Source of the DNA: an uncultured Chryseobacterium sp.
GTDB taxonomy: Bacteria; Bacteroidota; Bacteroidia; Flavobacteriales_D; Sanyastnellaceae
Length of the DNA stretch: 54,140 nucleotides
Reading direction: 5' to 3'
Assembly (NCBI GenBank): GCA_964567615.1
Contig: CAZMNI010000001.1
Span: 1 to 54,140, forward strand
Position numbers and translations under genes: made by a program. The notes beneath the pieces were generated by a model, which was not told where the DNA came from, searched no databases, and worked only from the letters and a program-made list of their open reading frames with translations. Position 1 is the stretch's first letter. The number at the start of each line of letters is the position of its first letter. This document shows, in pieces, positions 25,454 through 35,464 of the stretch.

Positions 25454-28400
25454 ATGCAACCTCAGCCTCCAGTGTGCGTTTTGAAGGCAATGAGTATCCG
25501 AACATTCTGCATGCCGTGTGTTCTCCTGATTTTCGGAGGGCTTGTGGGAATTCCGGCCGTTCGTGGGCAGGTGCTGATGTCGAATGGGACCATCGCAGTG
25601 TGCGATACCTTTTTTCGGGACGACGGCGGCAGTGCTCCCTACACAGGGGCTGAATTGACTTTGACCATTTGTCCAGACGAAGCGGGGGCGTTTGTCTCTC
25701 TGGATTTTCTGGCATTCAGCCTCTACCAAGCACCAAACCCGAACAATTCGGACTATCTGACCATTTACGACGGCAATTCAACGGCTGCTGCAAGCTTGGG
25801 CTCCTACACCGGAGATGAGCTGCAAGGGTTGATGGTGTCTGCAACGCTTGGAAATGCGACAGGGTGCTTGACCCTGCAATTCTCGTCGCCCACGAACAAT
25901 ACCGGGGGCTTTGCAGGGTGGGAAGCCACAATAGGATGCGGGCTGCCCTGCGCCGGTATGCAGGGACTTGCGGAGATCTTGGGTCAAACCACGTTGGTAA
26001 ACAACGTCCCTACGATTTCCATTTGCCAAGGCGAAGAAGTTGTGTTTGCCGATGCAGGATCTTCCATTGACCCTGGATTTCAACTTGCTTTCTGGATGTG
26101 GGACTTCGACGATGGCAGCGAAATCACGCTCACAACCCCGAGTGACATTGCCCATGTGTTTACCGATCCCGGGGCGTTCTCGGTCAAGCTGGTCGTGGGG
26201 TATCTGAACGATGGTGATACGTGTAAGTCATTGAATATTAACCCCGTTCAGGTACTTGTGAGTACCCCGCCGGCGTTCAACACGGTATTGGAAACCCCGA
26301 TTTGCACTGGAAGTACACAAGTGGAAGGAGCATTGGACGGCAGTCCAGTGACAAGTGTACTTTGGACCGACGCTCCTACCATCGATGCTCCATCGATCTC
26401 ACCTACTGGATTTGATGCGGGCTTCACCTATTGTTCTTCTCTGGAACTTGATGTGTTTCCTGTCGGTGCCGTTTTGGAATCCTGTGACGACCTCATCCAA
26501 ATATCTGCTGCAATGGAGCACAGTTACTTGGGAGACTTGGGCATCAGCATAACGTGCCCCAACGGAACCACTGTCGTTCTGCAAACGCAGGGTGGAGGGG
26601 GGACCTTCCTCGGGGAGCCAGTGGATGTTGAAGACGATCTCACAGAAGGAGTTTGCTATACCTACGGGTGGAGTGAATCTTCCACCCTCGGCCAAATTGA
26701 AAATCCGGCGAACGCATCAAACGTCGCATACGTCAATGCTTTGGGCAACAATGTGAACGGCAACATTGTCAACCCAGGGGTGTACGAACCTGAGAACACC
26801 CTGTGTGCCCTTGTCGGATGTCCGCTTAACGGCACATGGGATTTCTGTTTTACGGATTACTTAGGTGCTGACAACGGTTTCGTCTGCACGTGGAATCTCG
26901 TACTCAATCCGGAGTTGTTCCCCGGGGCCATTGTGATCCAGCCAGAAATCGTTGATGCACACTGGAACCTCGATCCGTACACGGGTGTGCCAGGTATCAC
27001 TGCGAGCGTGGACCCTTCGACACCCTACGTGCTCGACGTTGCTGCAACAGAACCGGGCAACTACCCATTCACGTTCAGTGTGACAAACGACTTCGGGTGC
27101 ACACAAGACACCACTGTTGTCCTCGAAGTAATTGCGCCTCCTGCTGTCTCGGCAGGAGCGGATTTTTTTGCCTGCGGCGATGCGAATTTGCAAGCCGGTG
27201 TCTTGGGCCTGCCTGCACCCGAATGTGGGGAGGACGCGGGGACTTTTGATTTGTGTTACCAAAATGGAATTACTGAAACTTTTACGTATTGCCCAGATGA
27301 ACCGAATGCAGGTAGCACCTTCATGTCCATTGAGTTCCTGGCAGGGCAAGTTGAAGTTGGTTGGGATGAAGTCAATGTCTTTGACGGTCCCGATGCGACG
27401 TTTCCCTTGTTAGTCGAAGCTCCGTTCTATGGTAATGCTGGACAGCTTGGCGGTTTGGTTTTCACTGCGAACAATCCCAGTGGTTGCATCACTTTGCAAG
27501 TGACGCCAGACTTCTCAGTTGATTGCGTGAGTTCTGGATTTACGCCCTGGGAATGGGTGGTTTCATGCACGAATGCGGGTGGCATCGATTGGACCTGGGC
27601 CCCCGCGAACCTGCTAACAGGGGCTGGTGGCGCATCGCCGGTCATCACCGCGTTGGATGTCCCCACCACGTTTACCGTCACGGGAAGTTGGAGTTATTTG
27701 CCGGGATGCAGTGCTTCCGATCAAGTCGTTGTGTCGCCCGCATTTGAAGTTTCAGCTCTTCCCACGAATCCCACATGCTTCGGCAACGATGGCTCAGTTG
27801 AGATCAGCATCTTACCGACAGGTTCAATAGGTCCGTGGTCTGTTGAAGTTACCGTGGACGGGCTTCCAGCGGGCACTGCGTTTGTTTCCAATCCGAACAC
27901 TCCAGTGGAAATCAGCGGTCTCGGGGGAGGAGCAGTGATTGTGGCGGTGAGCGATGAAAACTGCACGCGAGAGGTGCCGTTGACGTTGGTTGAACCGGTT
28001 GTTCCGCTCCTTACGGCCTCTGCGGATACAACGATTTGCATTGATGGCAGTGCATTGCTTTCTGCAGCACTTACTCCGGCAACACCCGGGGCGACATTTG
28101 TTTGGTCCATAGGTGATGCAGGACCCACGATTTCTGTGAGTCCAGGAACAACGTCGGTGTACACCGTCCATGCTACCTATGCAGAAGGTTGCACAACGCC
28201 GGAGGAGTCTGTCGGGGTGGTGGTGTTGCCACAATTGAATGTGGCCTTTATGGAGCCCGTCACCACGTGTCCGGGTGAGCCTGTTGAAACGGGGGTGTCC
28301 GAGGCGAGCGGAGGATTGCCTCCTTACGCTTATGCATGGAGCCCCAATCCAGGATTTAATACGACAGTATCTTTCGGTGAAGTGAGTCCCGTGGTTACGT

Positions 28401-29269
28401 CGATTTACTGCATTACGGTGAGCGATGCGTGCGAAACACCGGCAGTTACCGGCTGTGTAGACGTGCTTGTTGCACCTGAACTCGATGCTGAAGTGGTCGG
28501 CGACACCCTCGGCGGGTGTTTTCCATTCACAGTGCAGTTTGCGCTTGAAAATCCGTCAGAGTACATCGCAACGGCAGTGTGGGACTTCGGGGATGGAACG
28601 TCCTCCACATCTACCTCCGGCTCGGTCCACACGTACATCGAGGCGGGCAGTTTCAGCACTGCGGTCACGCTGACGTCAGTGGACGGGTGCGTTTCCACCA
28701 CCGCGGTTCCGTGGACCGTCGACGTGGTGCCTCCTCCCACGGCCGACTTCACTGCGAACCTTTTTCTTACGGCGTTGCCCGAGACGCGCATTGAATTCTC
28801 GAATTTCTCCCAGGACATCGAATCGTGGCTGTGGGATTTTGCGGGGCTTGAAACTTCATTCGAGTGGTCCCCGACATTCACTTTTCCACAGTCACCCGGG
28901 GATTATTCCGTGACATTAAGCGTTGCGAATGAACTCGGTTGCAGGGACGCCATTACGCGGATTATTCGCGTTACGGAGTCCTTTATGTTGTTCATCCCGA
29001 ACACCTTTACGCCCGACATGGATGGACTCAATGATGCTTGGCAATTTGCAGGCACAGATATCGATGCGAGTGACTTCATTGTGCAGGTCACAGACCGTTG
29101 GGGGAAAATCGTGTATGCTTCGACGGATTTAGAGGGTGCTTGGGTAGGGGATGTGCAGGGTGGTGGCTATTTCGCCCCGAATGGCACATACACGTATCGC
29201 ATTGAAACCCGGTCACTTGCTACGCGAGAAAGAAAAGAAATCACTGGATTCGTAACCCTCATCCGATGA
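25454..29269 (+). CDS. giant T9SS type-B cargo / surface protein (CUB-like x2, PKD, proprotein-convertase P-like domain, SprB-type repeats, type-B CTD)
   Basis: ORF 25430..29269 begins with TTG. The ATG at 25454 follows a box+4 nt pattern; the alternative ATG at 25490 gives a cleaner signal peptide (MSIRTFCMPCVLLIFGG). Motifs seen are YLTIYDGNS (CUB-like), WDFDDGSE (PKD), EHSYLGDLGISITCPNGT (P-domain-like) and the C-terminal FIPNTFTPDMDGLNDAW. Confidence 0.75.
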   Translation: MQPQPPVCVLKAMSIRTFCMPCVLLIFGGLVGIPAVRGQVLMSNGTIAVCDTFFRDDGGSAPYTGAELTLTICPDEAGAFVSLDFLAFSLYQAPNPNNSDYLTIYDGNSTAAASLGSYTGDELQGLMVSATLGNATGCLTLQFSSPTNNTGGFAGWEATIGCGLPCAGMQGLAEILGQTTLVNNVPTISICQGEEVVFADAGSSIDPGFQLAFWMWDFDDGSEITLTTPSDIAHVFTDPGAFSVKLVVGYLNDGDTCKSLNINPVQVLVSTPPAFNTVLETPICTGSTQVEGALDGSPVTSVLWTDAPTIDAPSISPTGFDAGFTYCSSLELDVFPVGAVLESCDDLIQISAAMEHSYLGDLGISITCPNGTTVVLQTQGGGGTFLGEPVDVEDDLTEGVCYTYGWSESSTLGQIENPANASNVAYVNALGNNVNGNIVNPGVYEPENTLCALVGCPLNGTWDFCFTDYLGADNGFVCTWNLVLNPELFPGAIVIQPEIVDAHWNLDPYTGVPGITASVDPSTPYVLDVAATEPGNYPFTFSVTNDFGCTQDTTVVLEVIAPPAVSAGADFFACGDANLQAGVLGLPAPECGEDAGTFDLCYQNGITETFTYCPDEPNAGSTFMSIEFLAGQVEVGWDEVNVFDGPDATFPLLVEAPFYGNAGQLGGLVFTANNPSGCITLQVTPDFSVDCVSSGFTPWEWVVSCTNAGGIDWTWAPANLLTGAGGASPVITALDVPTTFTVTGSWSYLPGCSASDQVVVSPAFEVSALPTNPTCFGNDGSVEISILPTGSIGPWSVEVTVDGLPAGTAFVSNPNTPVEISGLGGGAVIVAVSDENCTREVPLTLVEPVVPLLTASADTTICIDGSALLSAALTPATPGATFVWSIGDAGPTISVSPGTTSVYTVHATYAEGCTTPEESVGVVVLPQLNVAFMEPVTTCPGEPVETGVSEASGGLPPYAYAWSPNPGFNTTVSFGEVSPVVTSIYCITVSDACETPAVTGCVDVLVAPELDAEVVGDTLGGCFPFTVQFALENPSEYIATAVWDFGDGTSSTSTSGSVHTYIEAGSFSTAVTLTSVDGCVSTTAVPWTVDVVPPPTADFTANLFLTALPETRIEFSNFSQDIESWLWDFAGLETSFEWSPTFTFPQSPGDYSVTLSVANELGCRDAITRIIRVTESFMLFIPNTFTPDMDGLNDAWQFAGTDIDASDFIVQVTDRWGKIVYASTDLEGAWVGDVQGGGYFAPNGTYTYRIETRSLATRERKEITGFVTLIR

Positions 29270-32200
29270 AGAACTGCTGTTTCTTGTTGAGTGCGCTGTG
29301 CATCATCGCCTCTGCGCATTTGGCACATGCGCAGGTTGTGCAAATGGGTGATGCGAATGCAACGCTGTGCGCCGGTGTATTCATTGACGATGGGGATGAA
29401 GGAGACCCAAACGGAGGGCCGTATTCGAACACTGATTACACGATTACGATTTGTCCAGATACCCCCGGAGATGCAATTTCAGTCACGTTCACCGTGTTTG
29501 ATTTGCAAACAAACCCGAATCCGAACAACAACGATGTGCTCATCATTTACGACGGGAACTCCACAGCTGACCCGGAGATCGGCGCCGGCACCGGGAACGT
29601 GTTCCTCGGCACGACTGCAGTGGCATCGATCAACAATCCGTCTGGGTGTCTAACCTTTCGCTTCCTTGTCAACAACAATGCTTCAGGCGGAGACATCGGG
29701 TGGGTCGCTGAAATCGAATGTGTAACACCGTGCACATACCCTCAATCGGGCATTGATTTGATCAGTCCTGAGCCCTTTCCAGGTCTTGAAAGCGTCGGTG
29801 TATGCCCGAATGAGTCCGTTTCATTCGACGGGTCTTCATCAGAACCAGACGCATCACCGCTTGCTACTTGGATATGGAATTGGGGGGACGGAACCATAGA
29901 ATCCTCCTCGAATCCAGCTGCTTCCCATGCCTATGCGGTTCCGGGGGAGTACCTGGTCACACTTGTGGTGGAGGATGAAAACGGGTGCGGGTCCATCAAC
30001 CTCGAGCCGTATCAAGTTCTTGTGAGCACGTTGCCTGTTTTCAACACAGAGTTTACGAGTCCTTTGTGTGCAGGATCTCCGGGATATCTGAACGGTTCTC
30101 CTTTCCAAAGCGTCACATGGACGGCTCTCCCGCCCCAGTCGGTTTCTGAGGACCAAAATCTGCCCGACAATTCGAATGTGCCTTTCGACTCTGAAATGCC
30201 CATTGATTTCTTCGATGCAGACCAAGTCGTCACCGAGTGCGATGATATCCTTTCCATTACAGCGAACCTCGAACATACATTCATCGGGGATTTGACGATT
30301 TGGCTTGAATGCCCGAACGGCCAACAAATGCTCTTGTTGGACAACGGACCTAGCGGCGGACCGGATGCCACCGGGTGCATGTACCCGGATTTGGGGGGCA
30401 ACGACCTCGGAGAACCCTTTTCGAACCCACCGGTGGGATACGATTACACGTGGACCCCGGATGCAGACTACATCATGGACGACCCTTCGAACCCTGCGGT
30501 GGGTGGGGGGACAGTACCCGGTGGTGCGTACTTGCCGTGCGAAGATTTTTGTTCCTTGGTCGGTTGTCCTTTGAACGGGATTTGGACCCTGTACATCCAC
30601 GACCAATGGCTCGGTGACGACGGGTTCTTGTTCAATTGGAACCTAGAATTCAATCCATACATTGTGCCTGGTGTTACCACCTTTACCCCAGAAATAGGTC
30701 TTGAAGCCGATTCGAGTTATTGGGACGTAGCGTTGGGCGATGTGGGCATCGAATCGATTGATGCATCTGCGGATTTTGTAGAACTGGAGTTCGATGTTCC
30801 TGGGCAGTATGCGTTCGATTATGTGCTCGTGAACAACTTCGGTTGTCAATGGGACACCACGGTCGTCATCAATGTGGTCCCGGGATTGGGAACATCCATC
30901 ACGGCTGGACCGGATGTTGTATTCTGCGGTGATCCGGTAATGCTTCAAGGGTCCTTTGCCGATGGCGTTGTTTCGGGTTGTGGCGGTGTTGAAGGCACAT
31001 TTGAAATGTGTTATGGAGACAACGACTACCAAGAACAGGTGTTCTGTCCCGATTCTCCAGGCGATGGCACGGTCATCACGCTCTCCTTCGATCAGGGCCA
31101 AGTAGAAAATGCCATTTTTGATCAGTTCTACGTTTATGACGGGGGAAGTACCGCTTCGCCGGTGCTTGCTGGACCACTCAGCGGCGACCTGACAGGTCTC
31201 GTCTACACTGCAACGAATCCCTCCGGATGCTTGACGGTCAGCATCGATTCGGATGGGAGTATTTCGTGCGGGTCAGGATTCTATCCGCCGATTCTGATTT
31301 GCACCACGTGCGGAGGACCTTCTACGTGTGGGTATTCTTGGACATGGTCGCCTGCAGATTATTTAGACAATCCGAACGTCCCGAACCCGACGGTGCTCCA
31401 GTTCGATGGCGTACCGATGACGTACACCCTTCTGGTGGAGCCGCTCGGGATGGAGAATTGTGGGACGGACGATGAAGTGCAGGTGCTCCCCGGTTTTGCA
31501 TTTGCATACGAAGTGGAGCAACCGTCCTGTTTATTGAACGACGGAGAAATCGTTGTAGACATCGACGAATTGCCTTCCGAAGGTCCATGGACGGTGGTGC
31601 TGAGCGAGGGGGGGAGTTTGGTCTACAATGAAACCTCAAATGGCGGCACGACCCTACTAGAAGGCTTGGAGCCTGGGAACTACATCCTTGAACTCAGCGA
31701 TTCGGAAGGGTGCAGTTACGACTTTTCCATTGACCTGTTGCCGCCTCCGGCGATGACAATTTCAATGCCTCCTTCGCCTACAATTTGCATCGACGGCGTT
31801 GCGACTTTGAGTGTGTCTTCATCCATGGATCCAGCCGGCACATGGACCTACCACTGGAGCAATGGGATTGGTACAGGTGAGAATGTCCAAGTTTCACCGG
31901 TTGAAACGACGGCATATTCCGTTTATGCCGAGGACCCCTTAGGTTGCACATCGCAGCTTTACCAAATTGTTGTAAATGTTTACGATTCGCTTGAAGTCGG
32001 AATTGAAGGAGTTGAGCTGATTTGTGGGGGAAGCTTCACTTCACTTGAAGCGGTGAATTCAGATGGGGGCAGTGGACAAGGGTACATGTACAATTGGACG
32101 TGGGATGGATTTGCGCTCGGTTCCAGCACGGAAATTGATTGGGTGGATTACCCCGCAGAAACCGGTACATACTGTGTGTCCTTATCGGATAACTGCGGGT

Positions 32201-33051
32201 CCCCTGTGGTTACATCGTGCATGGAAGTCACCGTCGAGACACCGATTCCTGCCACCTTCACAGCAGACACTACCCGGAGTTGTGTGCCGGGGACAATTGT
32301 TTTCCAGCTCGATGCGCCCATAGAAGAACTCACAAGTGCTTTATGGACTTTTGGAGATGGAGAAGGCAGCACTGAATGGTCACCTGTTCACAATTACCTC
32401 AATCCGGGGGTGTTTTCAGTTTCGCTGACTATTCAGTCGCTGCTTGGCTGCAACTACACACATTCATTGTCCAATTACATCGAGATCTTCACTCCTCCTT
32501 CTGTAGGATTCACTGCTACGCCTCAACCTGCACAAGCGCCGGATACTGAGGTTGCTTTTGAGTCGGTGAATTCGCCCAATGTGGTGGCATGGGAATGGAT
32601 TTTTAACGTCGGCAATCCGCTCGGAAGCAGTGACCTTCCGGATGTAGCTTTCGTTTTCCCCATCGATCAGGGCGGATTGTATCCCGTCATGTTAACGGTA
32701 ACAGATGAGAACAGTTGTTCTTCTTCGGTAATCCGGACTGTGGAAGTCCTCGACTTGTTCAATCTGTTTATCCCGACTTCGTTTTCACCAAACAACGACG
32801 GTGTAAACGACGCATTCAGGGTGTACGGATCGGATATTGATCCTGACAGATTTAGCTTAACAATCTTCAATCGATGGGGAGAAGTGGTTTTCGAATCCTT
32901 CCATCCAGAAGAGGTTTGGTATGGTCCTGCCGCAGAAGCATCTGAGCACTATGCCCCCAACGGTACCTACGGCTATCAGGTCGTGCTTTACAGCCTCAGC
33001 CAATCCGGAGATCGCAAAGAAGTCAACGGGTTCGTCACGGTAATCCGATGA
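29266..33051 (+). CDS. giant T9SS type-B cargo / surface protein, paralog of 25454..29269
   Basis: It forms an ATGA overlap with the upstream paralog and has a signal peptide (MKNCCFLLSALCIIASAHLAHA). The domain order is the same: VLIIYDGNS, WNWGDGT, EHTFIGDLTIWLECPNGQ, a second CUB-like domain, and the C-terminal FIPTSFSPNNDGVNDAF. Confidence 0.8.
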   Translation: MKNCCFLLSALCIIASAHLAHAQVVQMGDANATLCAGVFIDDGDEGDPNGGPYSNTDYTITICPDTPGDAISVTFTVFDLQTNPNPNNNDVLIIYDGNSTADPEIGAGTGNVFLGTTAVASINNPSGCLTFRFLVNNNASGGDIGWVAEIECVTPCTYPQSGIDLISPEPFPGLESVGVCPNESVSFDGSSSEPDASPLATWIWNWGDGTIESSSNPAASHAYAVPGEYLVTLVVEDENGCGSINLEPYQVLVSTLPVFNTEFTSPLCAGSPGYLNGSPFQSVTWTALPPQSVSEDQNLPDNSNVPFDSEMPIDFFDADQVVTECDDILSITANLEHTFIGDLTIWLECPNGQQMLLLDNGPSGGPDATGCMYPDLGGNDLGEPFSNPPVGYDYTWTPDADYIMDDPSNPAVGGGTVPGGAYLPCEDFCSLVGCPLNGIWTLYIHDQWLGDDGFLFNWNLEFNPYIVPGVTTFTPEIGLEADSSYWDVALGDVGIESIDASADFVELEFDVPGQYAFDYVLVNNFGCQWDTTVVINVVPGLGTSITAGPDVVFCGDPVMLQGSFADGVVSGCGGVEGTFEMCYGDNDYQEQVFCPDSPGDGTVITLSFDQGQVENAIFDQFYVYDGGSTASPVLAGPLSGDLTGLVYTATNPSGCLTVSIDSDGSISCGSGFYPPILICTTCGGPSTCGYSWTWSPADYLDNPNVPNPTVLQFDGVPMTYTLLVEPLGMENCGTDDEVQVLPGFAFAYEVEQPSCLLNDGEIVVDIDELPSEGPWTVVLSEGGSLVYNETSNGGTTLLEGLEPGNYILELSDSEGCSYDFSIDLLPPPAMTISMPPSPTICIDGVATLSVSSSMDPAGTWTYHWSNGIGTGENVQVSPVETTAYSVYAEDPLGCTSQLYQIVVNVYDSLEVGIEGVELICGGSFTSLEAVNSDGGSGQGYMYNWTWDGFALGSSTEIDWVDYPAETGTYCVSLSDNCGSPVVTSCMEVTVETPIPATFTADTTRSCVPGTIVFQLDAPIEELTSALWTFGDGEGSTEWSPVHNYLNPGVFSVSLTIQSLLGCNYTHSLSNYIEIFTPPSVGFTATPQPAQAPDTEVAFESVNSPNVVAWEWIFNVGNPLGSSDLPDVAFVFPIDQGGLYPVMLTVTDENSCSSSVIRTVEVLDLFNLFIPTSFSPNNDGVNDAFRVYGSDIDPDRFSLTIFNRWGEVVFESFHPEEVWYGPAAEASEHYAPNGTYGYQVVLYSLSQSGDRKEVNGFVTVIR

Positions 33052-33055
33052 GTAT

Positions 33056-35464
33056 TTAGCGGGACATCATCCCGTCAATTGTTCCCGTTGCCACACTGTG
33101 GTAACCAGGACGGGCCTGGGCGTAGACGGCGCGAGCGTGCTCGGTTTGGCCGGTGCGCAGCAGCGCTTCGTACAATGGCACAATGAACTTGCGGCGCCCC
33201 ACTTCAATCAGGAACGCGTCGAGCCGTGCATAGGCTGGCTCATAGGTGTGCTGGATGGCACATTTCAACCACGCAAAGAGGACCTCGTAGTTCCCGGTTT
33301 CCGTGATGTTCCATGCGCGGTCGAGCGCCTCTACCGCATCCCGTGAAAGGGATTCCGGCAAGTTGGTCAAGAACCGATACCGCTCCTGGTATCCCCACAT
33401 AGGCCAAGGCAGCTCACCCGCAGGAATTCGGCCAGAAGCAAAGGCCTGTACGGTGCTGTCCACGGCTACAATGCGCGCGCTGGTGACTTCAGGACATGCA
33501 GCGGGCAGGCCGGGGCCATAGATCCACGTCTTTACGTCTGCAGCAGACGCCAAGGCCGGTGAATTCAACAGGTGGACATGCAGATATTCGATGAAACTCT
33601 CTGTGTCCATCGAGGCAAACGCATGTTCCTCGAAATACGCCCTGAGGAAGGCATCAAACGCTTCACGGCCCACCACGCCTTCAATCCTGCGCAGCAAGAA
33701 ATACCCCTTGTCATAGGCGATTGCATTCATGCCGTCGTCAGGATCGCGGCCTTGCAGATGGAGTTTCAAGTGCGTGTCTGCCGGCCGATCGACGAGCATG
33801 CTGCGGACTTCTTCACCGAGCGCTTGGCGGCTTAATGCGACGAGCATTTCGCTGAAATCCCGGCCATACACCGCCTCCATGATGCGGTATTCGAAATAGA
33901 CGGTGAAGCCTTCGTTGAGCCAAAAGTCATCCCAGGTAGCGTTTGTGACCAGGTTGCCGCTCCAGCTGTGCGCCAATTCATGCGCTACGAGCGAAACCAA
34001 ACTTCGGTCCCCCGCAAGGATAGTAGGTGTGCAGAAAGTCAACCGAGGATTCTCCATGCCTCCGAAGGGGAAGGCGGCAGGGAGCATCAATACATCGTAC
34101 CTGCCCCATGCATAGGGGCCGTACAGCGCTTCCGCAGCTGCCACGAGTGCCTCGAGGTCCCTGAACTCAGCAGCGGCCTTTGCCAAGGTGCCTTCTACTG
34201 CGTACACTCCGGTCCGGGGACCTATCGGCTGAAATGCCACATTTCCGACAGCCAGTGCGAGCAAATAGGCAGGAATCGGAGAGTCCATGCGGAACGCGTA
34301 CACGCCATCAGCGGCCAGTGCAGTGGGATTTTCAGCACTCATCAGGGCCATGAGGCCCGCAGGCACCGCGACTTGAGCGGTGTACGAAAACCGAATCCCA
34401 GGGCTGTCTTGGCATGGAACCCATGTGCGTGCGAGGATGGCCTGGCTTTGCGTAAAAAGGAAGGGAGATGCACCTTCAACCCAAAGCAGGGCAGCCGCAC
34501 CCGGCTTTGTGGCGTATGCAATCTCGACTTCATGGGCTCCCGACGTGACAGGTACACGCAGGGGCTGCCCGATGAAGGGCGCCGCTTCTCCGAGAGAAAA
34601 CGCCACCGCATTGCCATCTACACGAACGGAGTTTACCGCAAGGTCGCGCACGTCAAAAATCACTTCGTGAGCATCCTCTGCCGCCTCCACCGTCCATGTC
34701 GCCGTGGCTTCGAGGATTTGTTCGTCAAATCGGACCCGCGCATCCCAGTGCAGATGTGTCGCTATGGCTTCGTTCGGTCGGGCGAACGAATGGTGATCGG
34801 AAACGCGGTTGAATGGCATGACAGACGGTGGCGAGGAGGTGTGCGGAAGTTGGGCGAGCAGTGCGCTCGAAGAACCGACGCAAAGAAAAACCAAAGTGAG
34901 GTGGTGTGGGCGCGGCACTGCACGGTCTACGAGGAGTACGACGAGTCCTGCAGCGACTGACTTCACCGCGAGCCCGGGCAGGAGGTAGAGCCAACCAGAG
35001 AATCCTTGCCCGGAAGGACCCGAGATGGACTCAAACCAGACCACTCCCAGCGCTGCTGCTAGAATTTGGCCAGCGGCCGCAAGGAGGATCGACACCGCCA
35101 AGCAACGTGTCATGCGGTATGGCAGCCCGGGACGAATGGGCAAGAGGGATTCCGCCGCAAGGCCGACCAACCCTGCAGCCAACGGAAAGGCAAACAAAAA
35201 ACCTCCGGTCGCTCCCACAAAGCGCTCCCATCCGGAAGTCCCAAACGCAAAAACGGGCAGGCCCAGCCCACCCAGAACGAGGTACATCACCACCGAAGCC
35301 AGTCCCGCTCGGCTGCCCGCCAGCATCGGAATCAGCACAACGCCGAGGGACTGCAAAGTGACGGGAATGCCCGCGCCATCCATCAGCCGAATGGGCCCCA
35401 ATACACAGAGCAACAGTGTGCCCGCAAGCACCACAGCAAAAAAAGGCCACCGGTGTGCAAGCAT
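33056..35464 (-). CDS. in-frame fusion ORF: BioY-like biotin transporter S-component (N-terminal ~180 aa) plus M1-family (LTA4H-like) zinc aminopeptidase
   Basis: ORF 33056..35548. The ATG at 35464 overlaps the upstream stop (TAATG). The BioY blocks are IPVTLQSLGVVL and GGLGLPVFA..GATGGFLFAFP. A signal-peptide-like segment follows, beginning at an in-frame GTG (34918), and then HELAHSWSGN...WLNEGFTVY. There is no stop codon between the two parts. Confidence 0.7.
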   Translation of the reverse strand: MLAHRWPFFAVVLAGTLLLCVLGPIRLMDGAGIPVTLQSLGVVLIPMLAGSRAGLASVVMYLVLGGLGLPVFAFGTSGWERFVGATGGFLFAFPLAAGLVGLAAESLLPIRPGLPYRMTRCLAVSILLAAAGQILAAALGVVWFESISGPSGQGFSGWLYLLPGLAVKSVAAGLVVLLVDRAVPRPHHLTLVFLCVGSSSALLAQLPHTSSPPSVMPFNRVSDHHSFARPNEAIATHLHWDARVRFDEQILEATATWTVEAAEDAHEVIFDVRDLAVNSVRVDGNAVAFSLGEAAPFIGQPLRVPVTSGAHEVEIAYATKPGAAALLWVEGASPFLFTQSQAILARTWVPCQDSPGIRFSYTAQVAVPAGLMALMSAENPTALAADGVYAFRMDSPIPAYLLALAVGNVAFQPIGPRTGVYAVEGTLAKAAAEFRDLEALVAAAEALYGPYAWGRYDVLMLPAAFPFGGMENPRLTFCTPTILAGDRSLVSLVAHELAHSWSGNLVTNATWDDFWLNEGFTVYFEYRIMEAVYGRDFSEMLVALSRQALGEEVRSMLVDRPADTHLKLHLQGRDPDDGMNAIAYDKGYFLLRRIEGVVGREAFDAFLRAYFEEHAFASMDTESFIEYLHVHLLNSPALASAADVKTWIYGPGLPAACPEVTSARIVAVDSTVQAFASGRIPAGELPWPMWGYQERYRFLTNLPESLSRDAVEALDRAWNITETGNYEVLFAWLKCAIQHTYEPAYARLDAFLIEVGRRKFIVPLYEALLRTGQTEHARAVYAQARPGYHSVATGTIDGMMSR

